Virus record (IMG/VR): IMGVR_UViG_3300042455_000193
Span: 1-60,024 of that record
DNA: 60,024 nucleotides
Reading direction: 5' to 3' (one strand)
Source: a virus
Taxonomy: Duplodnaviria > Caudoviricetes
Shown: positions 48,361 through 56,132 of the stretch, in pieces
Numbering within the stretch: position 1 is the stretch's first letter
Layout of the letters: the number at the start of each line of letters is the position of its first letter
Notes under the pieces: generated by a model
Seen by the model: the letters and a program-made list of their open reading frames with translations, nothing else
The model's database searches: none
Told to the model about the DNA's origin: nothing
Translations under genes and position numbers: made by a program

Positions 48361-48588
48361 ATGTCAACAAACCGCATACCTTTCGTGTTCAGAACAATGT
48401 TCTTCGTAGCCGATGTACTAAGCATATCGGTGATTGCTATAGCTCTGTACTCATACGTCTTTCAAGTTGTAGATGAGTATGGATACGCAATGGATGGTGT
48501 TGCAACTATTGCGGTAATTCTTGCAGGAATCTTTGGTTTAGTTGCCAACAGGTTTAACCGCAAGGAAGCCATGCACATGCATAGGTAA
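48361..48588 (+). CDS. Early two-TM membrane protein
   Basis: AGGAG RBS, two hydrophobic helices. Confidence 0.7.
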   Translation: MSTNRIPFVFRTMFFVADVLSISVIAIALYSYVFQVVDEYGYAMDGVATIAVILAGIFGLVANRFNRKEAMHMHR

Positions 48589-48614
48589 GGCTTCCTCTCT
48601 CGCTCGCTAGTCTC

Positions 48615-48650
48615 CTGCCCCCCTCGATGAGGGGGCAGTCGCCTTCTCTC
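48615..48650 (+). promoter_or_regulatory. Bulged hairpin + pyrimidine box, copy 2
   Basis: CTGCCCCCCTC-GAT-GAGGGGGCAG-TCGCCTTCTCTC. Confidence 0.6.
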
Positions 48651-48693
48651 GTGTATTTATTTAACTTTAATCATTTCCTCTAAGGAGTTAGTC

Positions 48694-49131
48694 ATGTCTC
48701 TCACAGTAGATTTCAAACCAGCATCGCAAGCCACTTTACGTCTCATGGAGACGCTTGGCATCACAGAAGTACCTCAGTCACAGACTGAAGCATCTCAGAT
48801 GATTTACAACAAGCAAGTACAGCTTGCTACTCGCATACCTACAAAAGCACAGACAGCAGCTGTCTATGCGATAGGTACTAATCCAGAAACTAAGGAACGT
48901 ATGACTAGCTGGGTAGGTCGTGATCTACCCGGCATTCGTCATCGTGAGATTAGTTTCCAGATCGAGTTGCTGAACCATCTTGCAAAGATGGAGTTGGCAA
49001 CTACACAGGCAGAAGTTAACAGCCATGCTGTGGCATTGATTAGCTGTGTCAAGACACGACTGACTAAGTCAGTCAAGGGTGCAGAGCCTGTGAAGTTCTC
49101 TACACCAGAAGCGGAAGACGCTCCTATCTAA
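48694..49131 (+). CDS. Early hypothetical protein, C-terminus EAEDAPI
   Basis: TAAGGAG RBS. Confidence 0.75.
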   Translation: MSLTVDFKPASQATLRLMETLGITEVPQSQTEASQMIYNKQVQLATRIPTKAQTAAVYAIGTNPETKERMTSWVGRDLPGIRHREISFQIELLNHLAKMELATTQAEVNSHAVALISCVKTRLTKSVKGAEPVKFSTPEAEDAPI

Positions 49132-49170
49132 GACCTTAATTTGCTACCAGTAGTGCGGTAGCTAACCCAT

Positions 49171-49216
49171 ACCTTGGTATGCCAGTAGATGCTGGTGTAC
49201 CAAGGTTTTTTCTTTT
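49171..49216 (+). terminator. Long-stem intrinsic terminator
   Basis: ACCTTGGTATGCCAG-6 nt-CTGGTGTACCAAGGT followed by a T-run. Confidence 0.8.
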
Positions 49217-49222
49217 GTTAAC

Positions 49223-49547
49223 TCACTCTCGAATCATTATTTACACGCAAGGATTTAACTATGACTGAAGCAAGATCAAAATTTCTCGCAGATGAAAACA
49301 AGTTCTTGAGAACTTGGGTTAGGGAACTAATACAAGAGAGAGACTCATTACGCCAAGAACTATTTGATATCAAAGACGATCTCATGTTTCCTGTTAAGCG
49401 TACATCTAGGGCTGTATCTATTCCTTATGAGATAGAAGACATACCTTTCTAAGGGGGAAAGCGTGGTGCTTGATTGGTTTCGGGCTTTTACCACGCTAAC
49501 CAATACCTATTTGCATTTAGTTTCACTCTCGTATCACTATTTACACG
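49223..49547 (+). repeat. 25-bp direct repeat at 49223-49247 and 49523-49547, each just before an RBS
   Basis: TCACTCTCG(A/T)ATCA(T/C)TATTTACACG, 23/25 identical; partial third copy at ~57608-57622. Confidence 0.85.
49261..49452 (+). CDS. 63-aa coiled-coil protein ending EIEDIPF
   Basis: AAGGA RBS; SSB-like C-terminal tip. Confidence 0.7.
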   Translation: MTEARSKFLADENKFLRTWVRELIQERDSLRQELFDIKDDLMFPVKRTSRAVSIPYEIEDIPF

Positions 49548-49558
49548 AAGGAATATGT

Positions 49559-49942
49559 ATGGACTCAAGCATTAAGCAACGCTGGGTCAGAGCATTACGC
49601 TCTGGCAAATACAAACAAGTAAGTGGTCAACTTAGAACCGAAGATGGCTTCTGCTGTCTAGGCGTTCTCTGCGATGTTTACAACAAAAACAATTGGACTA
49701 TCGCTGCTGATGAATATCTTGGCGATGAACACCAAGAGTGGCACTACATAGGCAACAAGGGAATGTATCAATCCATCATGAAGGATGTCTTGCCTTATGA
49801 AGTTGTTGAAGCTACTGGTTTAGATAAACAAAATCCAGAAGTGCCTTACGGCATAGATGGAGGCATGTCTTCTCTTGCCGTCATCAACGACAGTGGCGCT
49901 AGCTTTGCACAGATAGCTGACCTCATCGAGACACACCTTTAA
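49559..49942 (+). CDS. Conserved phage hypothetical protein
   Basis: WVRALRSGKYKQ...L...FCCLGVLCD...ND.G.SF.QIAD.IE. Confidence 0.8.
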   Translation: MDSSIKQRWVRALRSGKYKQVSGQLRTEDGFCCLGVLCDVYNKNNWTIAADEYLGDEHQEWHYIGNKGMYQSIMKDVLPYEVVEATGLDKQNPEVPYGIDGGMSSLAVINDSGASFAQIADLIETHL

Positions 49943-49986
49943 CAAAGTATCAGGGTTTATTCCAATATAAACTTAACTTTTAAATT

Positions 49987-50001
49987 ATTAGTATTGCTAT
50001 T
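49987..50001. promoter_or_regulatory. Operator-like site abutting ATG 50002
   Basis: ATTAGTATTGCTATT, 12/14. Confidence 0.6.
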
Positions 50002-50331
50002 ATGTCAACACCAACGCAACAATTAAACACCATGCAAGCACTAGATCTGCACCTCATGTCCCTGATCCAGCACCTCAGTCGCAGCCAGTTGGTTCGACTC
50101 GGTGACCTGATCAACAAAGCAACAGGCACTCATGAAGTTATCACCATCAACGAGATGGATGTCAAGGAATACCTTGCCGAACAGAACGTTGCTATGCCTA
50201 GCAAAGAGTCCATTCAACAAGCATGTGAGTACATCAGCCAGCGTAGTTCTTACCAAGATACGCAATGGTATGCGCACATACAAGACGCAGCTGAACACGC
50301 ATTAGGTTTAGAGGAGGTTCACCATGACTAA
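50002..50331 (+). CDS. Hypothetical protein
   Basis: ORF coupled to downstream genes; start uncertain. Confidence 0.6.
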   Translation: MSTPTQQLNTMQALDLHLMSLIQHLSRSQLVRLGDLINKATGTHEVITINEMDVKEYLAEQNVAMPSKESIQQACEYISQRSSYQDTQWYAHIQDAAEHALGLEEVHHD

Positions 50332-50518
50332 TCAGCAGTTGATAGATGTCATGCGGATTGCGAAACATCACCTTGATCACGAGTACCTACATCTTGGAAT
50401 GTTAACCCTAGGCGAACTGCTTAAACAAGACTTGAGCTTTACTGACGAGCAACTTGATGAGCTTAAGCAAAAGATCAATCGAAATCTCTCCAATGCAGAG
50501 GTAACACAACATGACTAA
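50324..50518 (+). CDS. Hypothetical protein
   Basis: GAGGAGG RBS. Confidence 0.65.
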   Translation: MTNQQLIDVMRIAKHHLDHEYLHLGMLTLGELLKQDLSFTDEQLDELKQKINRNLSNAEVTQHD

Positions 50519-50696
50519 TCAAGAGATGTACTTCGAGTACTTAGACGATCTCCGCGAAAGCGGAGTGACCAACATGTGGGGAGCAGGGGCGTACCTTGAA
50601 GACGCCTTCAGCCTACCCCGCAGAGTAGCAAGAGACGTTCTCCTTAACTGGATGAACACATACAACCAACGGCACCCACAAGGAGAAACACAATGA
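50511..50696 (+). CDS. Conserved phage hypothetical protein
   Basis: YLDDLRESGVTNMWGA..YL motif. Confidence 0.75.
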   Translation: MTNQEMYFEYLDDLRESGVTNMWGAGAYLEDAFSLPRRVARDVLLNWMNTYNQRHPQGETQ

Positions 50697-51037
50697 AAGC
50701 ATTCTTCATAGACCCATTCAACCGGACAGTCAAAGAGATTGACTACAACGGTGACTTCCGTGAGATCAGCAGACTGCTGGCATGCGACATGTTCACATGC
50801 GCAACCTTCAACAACAAACAAGATACCTTTTACGTTGATGACGAGGGTTTGTTCAGAGCAAACAGGATGTTCTTTGAACATCACGGTTATCCACAACCCT
50901 TATGTGGATTCGGGTTAGTACTAGGTAATACGCCATCAGGTGATTCATGTGAACCCACGGTAACGCTCGAAGAACTAGAGCGTGATCTCAAGTGGTACTC
51001 AGAGTTCACGGTCGGTCTGTCCGGCGCGGTCTATTAA
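50693..51037 (+). CDS. DUF3846-like protein
   Basis: IDPF...YVDDEGL...PL.G.GLV.G. Confidence 0.7.
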   Translation: MKAFFIDPFNRTVKEIDYNGDFREISRLLACDMFTCATFNNKQDTFYVDDEGLFRANRMFFEHHGYPQPLCGFGLVLGNTPSGDSCEPTVTLEELERDLKWYSEFTVGLSGAVY

Positions 51038-51046
51038 TAAAGAAGG

Positions 51047-51487
51047 GTGGGAGTAATTATGTTGAAAGATGCACAAAAACCATATGCTCGTTTGCTTATT
51101 CAAAAGCTAAAAGAGTGTGGAATCAAAGAAGTTGTTGTTACCTTTGATGGAAGCGGAGACTCCGGGCAAATCGAAGAGGTTAGCTATGGATCAATGGACA
51201 AGCCGGACGCTTTTGTTGAATGGGTTGAAATTGATTCAACTTGGATAGATGGAAGTTGGGTTGAAAAAAACGAAGTTAAAAAGATTGATATACACAGCGC
51301 CTTAGAAAACTTCTGTTACGAAGCCTTGGAAGATGCTGGCATCGATTGGTACAACAACGATGGCGGATACGGGGAACTTCGAATCAACCTAGATCCAATC
51401 GAGATTAACTTAGAAGTTAGTACAAGATACACAGAAACTTTTACAAGTTCTTTGGGATTTGACGAGAACTTAGAAGAGGTTGAATGA
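51047..51487 (+). CDS. DUF6878-like acidic protein
   Basis: V.FDGSGDSGQIE...WYNNDGGYG. Confidence 0.75.
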   Translation: MGVIMLKDAQKPYARLLIQKLKECGIKEVVVTFDGSGDSGQIEEVSYGSMDKPDAFVEWVEIDSTWIDGSWVEKNEVKKIDIHSALENFCYEALEDAGIDWYNNDGGYGELRINLDPIEINLEVSTRYTETFTSSLGFDENLEEVE

Positions 51488-51831
51488 TGCACCCACACCA
51501 TCACTCAATGACTACTGTCAAACAGTACGGCGGCAAACCTGAAGACTACGCCGCTATTCATGATTGGTTTGACGCAACCAAAGAACAGTTTGCTGATGCA
51601 AGACATCGTGCATTACGCCATCACTCTCAGGGAATCTTTGAATGCGAACGAATCTTCGGTCGTGTGATTGTCAATTCAGATGGCAAAGAAGTACCAGTCA
51701 GATACATCGGTGAGCAGCATGTCAAAGAAGACTGTGGTGGTCGCATACCAACCGTTGCTGATTGGTTCCGCAACATCAAGTTGGAAACATGGATGAACCG
51801 TGGCTACAGGATTAATGCATCAGGTGAATAA
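51484..51831 (+). CDS. DUF6915-like His-rich protein
   Basis: HP.HH...GG...DY..IHDWFD..K...RHRALRHH...EQHVKED..GRIP...DW. Confidence 0.8.
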   Translation: MMHPHHHSMTTVKQYGGKPEDYAAIHDWFDATKEQFADARHRALRHHSQGIFECERIFGRVIVNSDGKEVPVRYIGEQHVKEDCGGRIPTVADWFRNIKLETWMNRGYRINASGE

Positions 51832-51929
51832 GTCTGGCACATGCGTGAAATGAAACCAACTGAAACGGCAACGGGAATGTGCCTAGTCGTGACAGCCGGG
51901 AGAGACCGGCGCTTAACTTAAGGATCAAT

Positions 51930-52265
51930 ATGAAATACCAAACACATAACGAGACAGAAGTAGACACCAACATGTCTCATCTCCAAGGTTATATCACCGC
52001 AGATTACGAAGAACTTGTTGATGCATTCGGTCCGCCAATGCGATACGGCTTCGATGACTACAAGGTAGATGCCGAGTGGCACATCTCATTTGCAGATGGC
52101 AGCGTAGCTTCTATCTATAACTGGAAGAACGGCAGGAACTACATGGGTACACAAGGTATGGATGTACAAGACATACGTGAGTGGCATGTCGGTGGCTTCT
52201 CAAAGATCACCTTGTTTCGGTTGGCTGAAGTATTAAACAAGCAGACTGTTCAAGCAGCAGCTTAA
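51930..52265 (+). CDS. Conserved phage hypothetical protein
   Basis: LQGYI...Y..LV..FG.P...KVDAEW...IYNWK...WHVGG. Confidence 0.75.
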   Translation: MKYQTHNETEVDTNMSHLQGYITADYEELVDAFGPPMRYGFDDYKVDAEWHISFADGSVASIYNWKNGRNYMGTQGMDVQDIREWHVGGFSKITLFRLAEVLNKQTVQAAA

Positions 52266-52267
52266 TC

Positions 52268-52480
52268 ATGTTAGATCTATTCACTTGGTTCAAAGACATC
52301 TTCCGCACACCATCAGCTATTGAACTTGCATGTAAAGAATTAGATGAGGCTGAGAAGCAGCATCTGTCTCTCAATAACACCCGTGAATACGTTGCAGGAA
52401 TGTTGTCTTACCGAGAAGCTCAGATCAAAAGGCTTCGTATCTACATAGCAAACCACAGGAGTGAAGATGTACAGCTATGA
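52268..52480 (+). CDS. Hypothetical coiled-coil protein
   Basis: Packed ORF. Confidence 0.6.
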   Translation: MLDLFTWFKDIFRTPSAIELACKELDEAEKQHLSLNNTREYVAGMLSYREAQIKRLRIYIANHRSEDVQL

Positions 52481-52694
52481 ATTTCGTGGACGTAAACCCA
52501 GTGCATCACAGGTTTACAAGATGGTCATGCATGCAGCCAAGTCTGGGCATGAAAAGATCGAGATCATGTGGGGTGAAAACGCCATTGATCTTGAGTATGC
52601 ACATGGCAAATGGCATGGCTTTGGCTGGATCAAAGACATATCAGGTAACGACATGGCGCTATCAGTAGAAGCAACTCTTAGAGAGTTTGCTTAG
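52461..52694 (+). CDS. Hypothetical protein
   Basis: AGGAG RBS (likely start ATG 52467); W.GFGWI..ISG. Confidence 0.6.
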   Translation: MKMYSYEFRGRKPSASQVYKMVMHAAKSGHEKIEIMWGENAIDLEYAHGKWHGFGWIKDISGNDMALSVEATLREFA

Positions 52695-52704
52695 AAGTTC
52701 TCTC

Positions 52705-52738
52705 TCTGCCCCCTCGATGAGGGGCAGATCGTTCTCTC
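52705..52738 (+). promoter_or_regulatory. Bulged hairpin + pyrimidine box, copy 3
   Basis: TCTGCCCCCTC-GAT-GAGGGGCAGA-TCGTTCTCTC. Confidence 0.6.
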
Positions 52739-52757
52739 ATTTACTTAAGGAGGTTAC

Positions 52758-52925
52758 GTGGATAGATGGCAGGAACATGTTCGCTCAGAGATTAACTTAG
52801 CTGATGCAGACCCATACAGATTACTAGACATCATGCATAGCCTGACATCAATGGACTCACATGAGCTTATCCCTATGGATATCTCTGTTGATTTATTTGA
52901 TCTTATTGCTTTACGAAACGAATGA
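52758..52925 (+). CDS. 55-aa hypothetical protein (GTG start)
   Basis: TAAGGAGG RBS; ATGA-coupled to the next gene. Confidence 0.6.
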   Translation: MDRWQEHVRSEINLADADPYRLLDIMHSLTSMDSHELIPMDISVDLFDLIALRNE

Positions 52926-53716
52926 AACTTTTAACTCGGGCTAACACAAAGATTATCAAAGGTAAACGCAGAGGGTTCTCAACAAACATTCTGCACCTTG
53001 CGCCAGCAAAACTATCAGGGTACGAGACATGCGGTGGTCGCTCAGAACAATGCACCATCTACTGTCTCAACAAGGCTGGTCGCGGTAAGTTTGACCGCAC
53101 ACAACAAGCTCGCATCAGGAAGACTAAGTGGTTCTTTGAATCACGACTCACATTCATGGCTCAGTTAGTTAAGGATATTACGTCAGCTATCAGGTACGCC
53201 AATGCGCATGACCTTGTAGTTGCCATCAGACTTAACGGCACATCAGATATCCCGTGGGAATCAATCAAGAGCGGTGCATTTAAAAACATCATGGCACGGT
53301 TCCCTAACGTGCAGTTCTATGACTACACAAAGGTAGCTGGCAGGAAAAACATTCCGTCTAACTATCACCTTACCTTTAGCGCATCGGAATCAAATCAATC
53401 TCAGGTAACACAAGCAATTGCTAACGGTATGAACGTAGCTGTTGTCTTCGATCAGATTCCAGATAGCTATATGGGATTACCCGTCATTGATGGCGATGAG
53501 GATGATCTCAGATTCCTTGACCCAAAGGGTCACATCGTCGGACTCAAAGCAAAAGGTCCAGCAATCAAGTCAACGTCAACATTCATTGTAAGGAACAACA
53601 ATGCAATCAGAAGCATTAGAGACTTTGGTCAACAACCATTACAAAGGTTTGATCGCAGCCATAGCCTCGCACATTCAAGACAAGGTGGAAACCAACATCA
53701 GGGACTGGCTGTCTAA
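52922..53716 (+). CDS. Gp88-like (radical-SAM-related Cys triad) protein
   Basis: C..R...C...CL..AG.G, IRLNGTSDI.W, FYDYTK, NYHLTFS, D..DLRFLD. Confidence 0.8.
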   Translation: MKLLTRANTKIIKGKRRGFSTNILHLAPAKLSGYETCGGRSEQCTIYCLNKAGRGKFDRTQQARIRKTKWFFESRLTFMAQLVKDITSAIRYANAHDLVVAIRLNGTSDIPWESIKSGAFKNIMARFPNVQFYDYTKVAGRKNIPSNYHLTFSASESNQSQVTQAIANGMNVAVVFDQIPDSYMGLPVIDGDEDDLRFLDPKGHIVGLKAKGPAIKSTSTFIVRNNNAIRSIRDFGQQPLQRFDRSHSLAHSRQGGNQHQGLAV

Positions 53717-54008
53717 CGAGTTCAAGAACCAGCTTGAGCATCATCAAGTGTTAACTGCTGATAAATATGACAGTAAATCAGATGCGGAAATTTCAGATTA
53801 CTTAGATCGCAACGATTACATCAATGAGAACAACATTGATAGATACATCGAATCATACATCGAGAGCAGCGAAATAGTTACACAAGACAGCCTCAATGAT
53901 TCTATTAATGAATGGATGAGTAACAACTTTGACATCAAAGATTACGACATCGATGACACCATCACAGACGCAGTTAGGTCTTTAAGTTTCACAGTAGAAG
54001 TTAATTAA
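53601..54008 (+). CDS. Highly acidic helical protein
   Basis: AAGGA RBS; Asp/Glu-dense C-terminal half. Confidence 0.7.
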   Translation: MQSEALETLVNNHYKGLIAAIASHIQDKVETNIRDWLSNEFKNQLEHHQVLTADKYDSKSDAEISDYLDRNDYINENNIDRYIESYIESSEIVTQDSLNDSINEWMSNNFDIKDYDIDDTITDAVRSLSFTVEVN

Positions 54009-54021
54009 TAAAGGAATAAAT

Positions 54022-55203
54022 ATGAACGCCGTTACCCAACTTGAACAAGCTGCGGTAACGTCCGCCTATAAGGTAGACGTTAGCCAAGGTTCCCGCGATG
54101 GTCGTGTCTCATCACAGTGGTTCAACCGCCCAGATGATCAGCGATTCCTTAACCTCGATGACTTGGCAGCACATGTCAAGGCTCGCTCAGATGCCGCAGT
54201 GCAAACCATTGTGGATGTAGATCACATCCGTGTTCATGCCAGCATGAATGATCCAGAGAAACTCAGCCTTGAGTACCACGGTATGGAGGTGGAGCCTACA
54301 CACTGGGCTTTCGGTCAGCTGTCTAGCCTAGCCGGAGCGCCAGCTGGTTACTTGCGTAAGCTTCCCGCTACTGTAGCCGGTATCAACTTGCAGTATGGGT
54401 TGCAGAACCTGCGCAGTGAGAACGCCAAGCTTTACTACAACGAGAACCAATTACTTGCTGCCACTGGCACTGAGTATGGTCGTGTCCATGACTATGAGTT
54501 AGTCGAAGCTGTTCAGCGTATCGCTGGCAATGGGGTAGGGGATACCCGCTGGAAAGTACCGGGCGTCATCGACTGGAACACCAGCATGTACAACCCGTTC
54601 GTTAACCCAACCAAAGATACAACCACACTGTATGCCTCAGACCGTGATGTCTTCATGTTCTTGGTGGATGACACACACCCCATCGAGATTGGCAAACTCA
54701 AGAATGGTGAGCCTGACTTGATGTTCCGTGGATTCTATGTCTGGAACTCTGAGGTAGGTAGCAAGACGCTTGGCATCAGTACGTTCATGTTGCGTGGCGT
54801 ATGTGCAAACCGCAACATCTGGGGTCAGCAAGACAAGCAGAGCATGACTATTCGTCACAGCAAGAATGCACCACAGCGTTTTGCTTCGGAGGTTGGACCT
54901 GCATTGATTGAGTACTCCAATCAATCTACCCTTGGCGTAATCACCAGTATCAACCAAGCCAAGTCAACCATCGTTGCAACCAATGACGATGAACGCTTCC
55001 AATGGCTGGGCAAACAAGGCTTCAATGCCAAGCAAGCCAAGCGAATCATTGACACAGTGATTCAAGAGGAAGACACCAAGCCTCGCTCAGTCTGGGACTT
55101 TGTCCAAGGCGTGACTGCTGTTGCTCGCAACATCAAGCATACAGATGACCGCCTCGACATGGAGAAGTTGGGCGGCAAGTTAATGGACAAGGCTATTCAC
55201 TAA
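54022..55203 (+). CDS. DUF932-family protein
   Basis: SSQWF.RPDDQRF, LYASDRDVF.FLVD, RGFYVWNSEVGS, C.NRNIWG. Confidence 0.85.
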   Translation: MNAVTQLEQAAVTSAYKVDVSQGSRDGRVSSQWFNRPDDQRFLNLDDLAAHVKARSDAAVQTIVDVDHIRVHASMNDPEKLSLEYHGMEVEPTHWAFGQLSSLAGAPAGYLRKLPATVAGINLQYGLQNLRSENAKLYYNENQLLAATGTEYGRVHDYELVEAVQRIAGNGVGDTRWKVPGVIDWNTSMYNPFVNPTKDTTTLYASDRDVFMFLVDDTHPIEIGKLKNGEPDLMFRGFYVWNSEVGSKTLGISTFMLRGVCANRNIWGQQDKQSMTIRHSKNAPQRFASEVGPALIEYSNQSTLGVITSINQAKSTIVATNDDERFQWLGKQGFNAKQAKRIIDTVIQEEDTKPRSVWDFVQGVTAVARNIKHTDDRLDMEKLGGKLMDKAIH

Positions 55204-55241
55204 ACCAAAGGGGAGCTTCGGCTCCCCGCAAAGGGGGATAT

Positions 55242-55415
55242 ATGAAACGTAAACGTTGGAAGTACAAAGTTTACTTCAGGGGTTCTGTTATTAAAACATT
55301 TACCTCTCGCAAAGCTGCTCGTCATTTCATGGAACATGCAAATGAATTTGATTTGCCACTTGCTATGCCTTGGGAAACAAGATCAGAGTTATTAATGATT
55401 GGAGAATTGAAATGA
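55242..55415 (+). CDS. 57-aa basic protein
   Basis: Read manually: MKRKRWKYKVYF...; ATGA-coupled to the next gene. Confidence 0.55.
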   Translation: MKRKRWKYKVYFRGSVIKTFTSRKAARHFMEHANEFDLPLAMPWETRSELLMIGELK

Positions 55416-55849
55416 GTAATGCACAGGTTAAGTTTGCTCCAAAGACAGGCGTGTATTGGTTTGACTTTGCGACTTGGACTTTAAAGCAAGGCGATAAGTA
55501 CAAAGAGTCAACAACAAATCATGTCGTGTATCAAGCAGCAGAAAAAGAATACAAAGCATATCTGAAATTGCAGAAGAAGATCAGCAAACTTCTTGAAGAT
55601 AACTCAGTGCATGAGATACCAACAATCCTAAAGATGGATGACACTAAAGTATTTCAAATGGTTCATGAGATCTACAAGGATGGAGGGTTACATACCCCCG
55701 AAGAATTAGAAGTTGAGGGTGTTGGCGATGGGTTTGCAATTTACTTTAAGAATGTTGCCGGTGAATATATAGATGCAGAGGGTAACTTTCTGTGGTTCGA
55801 AACTGAACTCGAAGCTGAACAATATATCAAGGAGATTGGTAATGTATGA
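55412..55849 (+). CDS. Hypothetical protein
   Basis: GGAG RBS. Confidence 0.65.
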   Translation: MSNAQVKFAPKTGVYWFDFATWTLKQGDKYKESTTNHVVYQAAEKEYKAYLKLQKKISKLLEDNSVHEIPTILKMDDTKVFQMVHEIYKDGGLHTPEELEVEGVGDGFAIYFKNVAGEYIDAEGNFLWFETELEAEQYIKEIGNV

Positions 55850-56132
55850 ACAATTAATTGAAGCATCAACCGCTTTTTATGAATGGGAAGAACTTAGGTA
55901 CAGCGGGAACTCACCACTTAGTGATGATGACAAACAGATATGGATGCAGGGTTATGTGTATGCATCTGAATTATTGAAACATAAGAACAGTCTTGCAGAC
56001 ACGAGAACACCTGATGAACTGTATAACTTTCTTGATGACAATGGTATTGAATACGAATTTGTTGAACAGTTTGAAGGCGTCAGAATATTAAGCATAGAGG
56101 TAGCTGAAATTGAGGAGGAGCAAGATGATTGA
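55842..56132 (+). CDS. Acidic hypothetical protein
   Basis: AGGAG RBS. Confidence 0.65.
   Translation: MYEQLIEASTAFYEWEELRYSGNSPLSDDDKQIWMQGYVYASELLKHKNSLADTRTPDELYNFLDDNGIEYEFVEQFEGVRILSIEVAEIEEEQDD

Noticed and set aside
49455-49461. GGGAAAG slippery site before the pseudoknot as a programmed frameshift
   Set aside because: It lies after the upstream stop codon (49452) and overlaps the stem with no spacer
55210-55227. UUCG hairpin after DUF932 as a terminator
   Set aside because: No U-tract on the + strand; may be a stabilising or RBS-coupled hairpin, but evidence is insufficient
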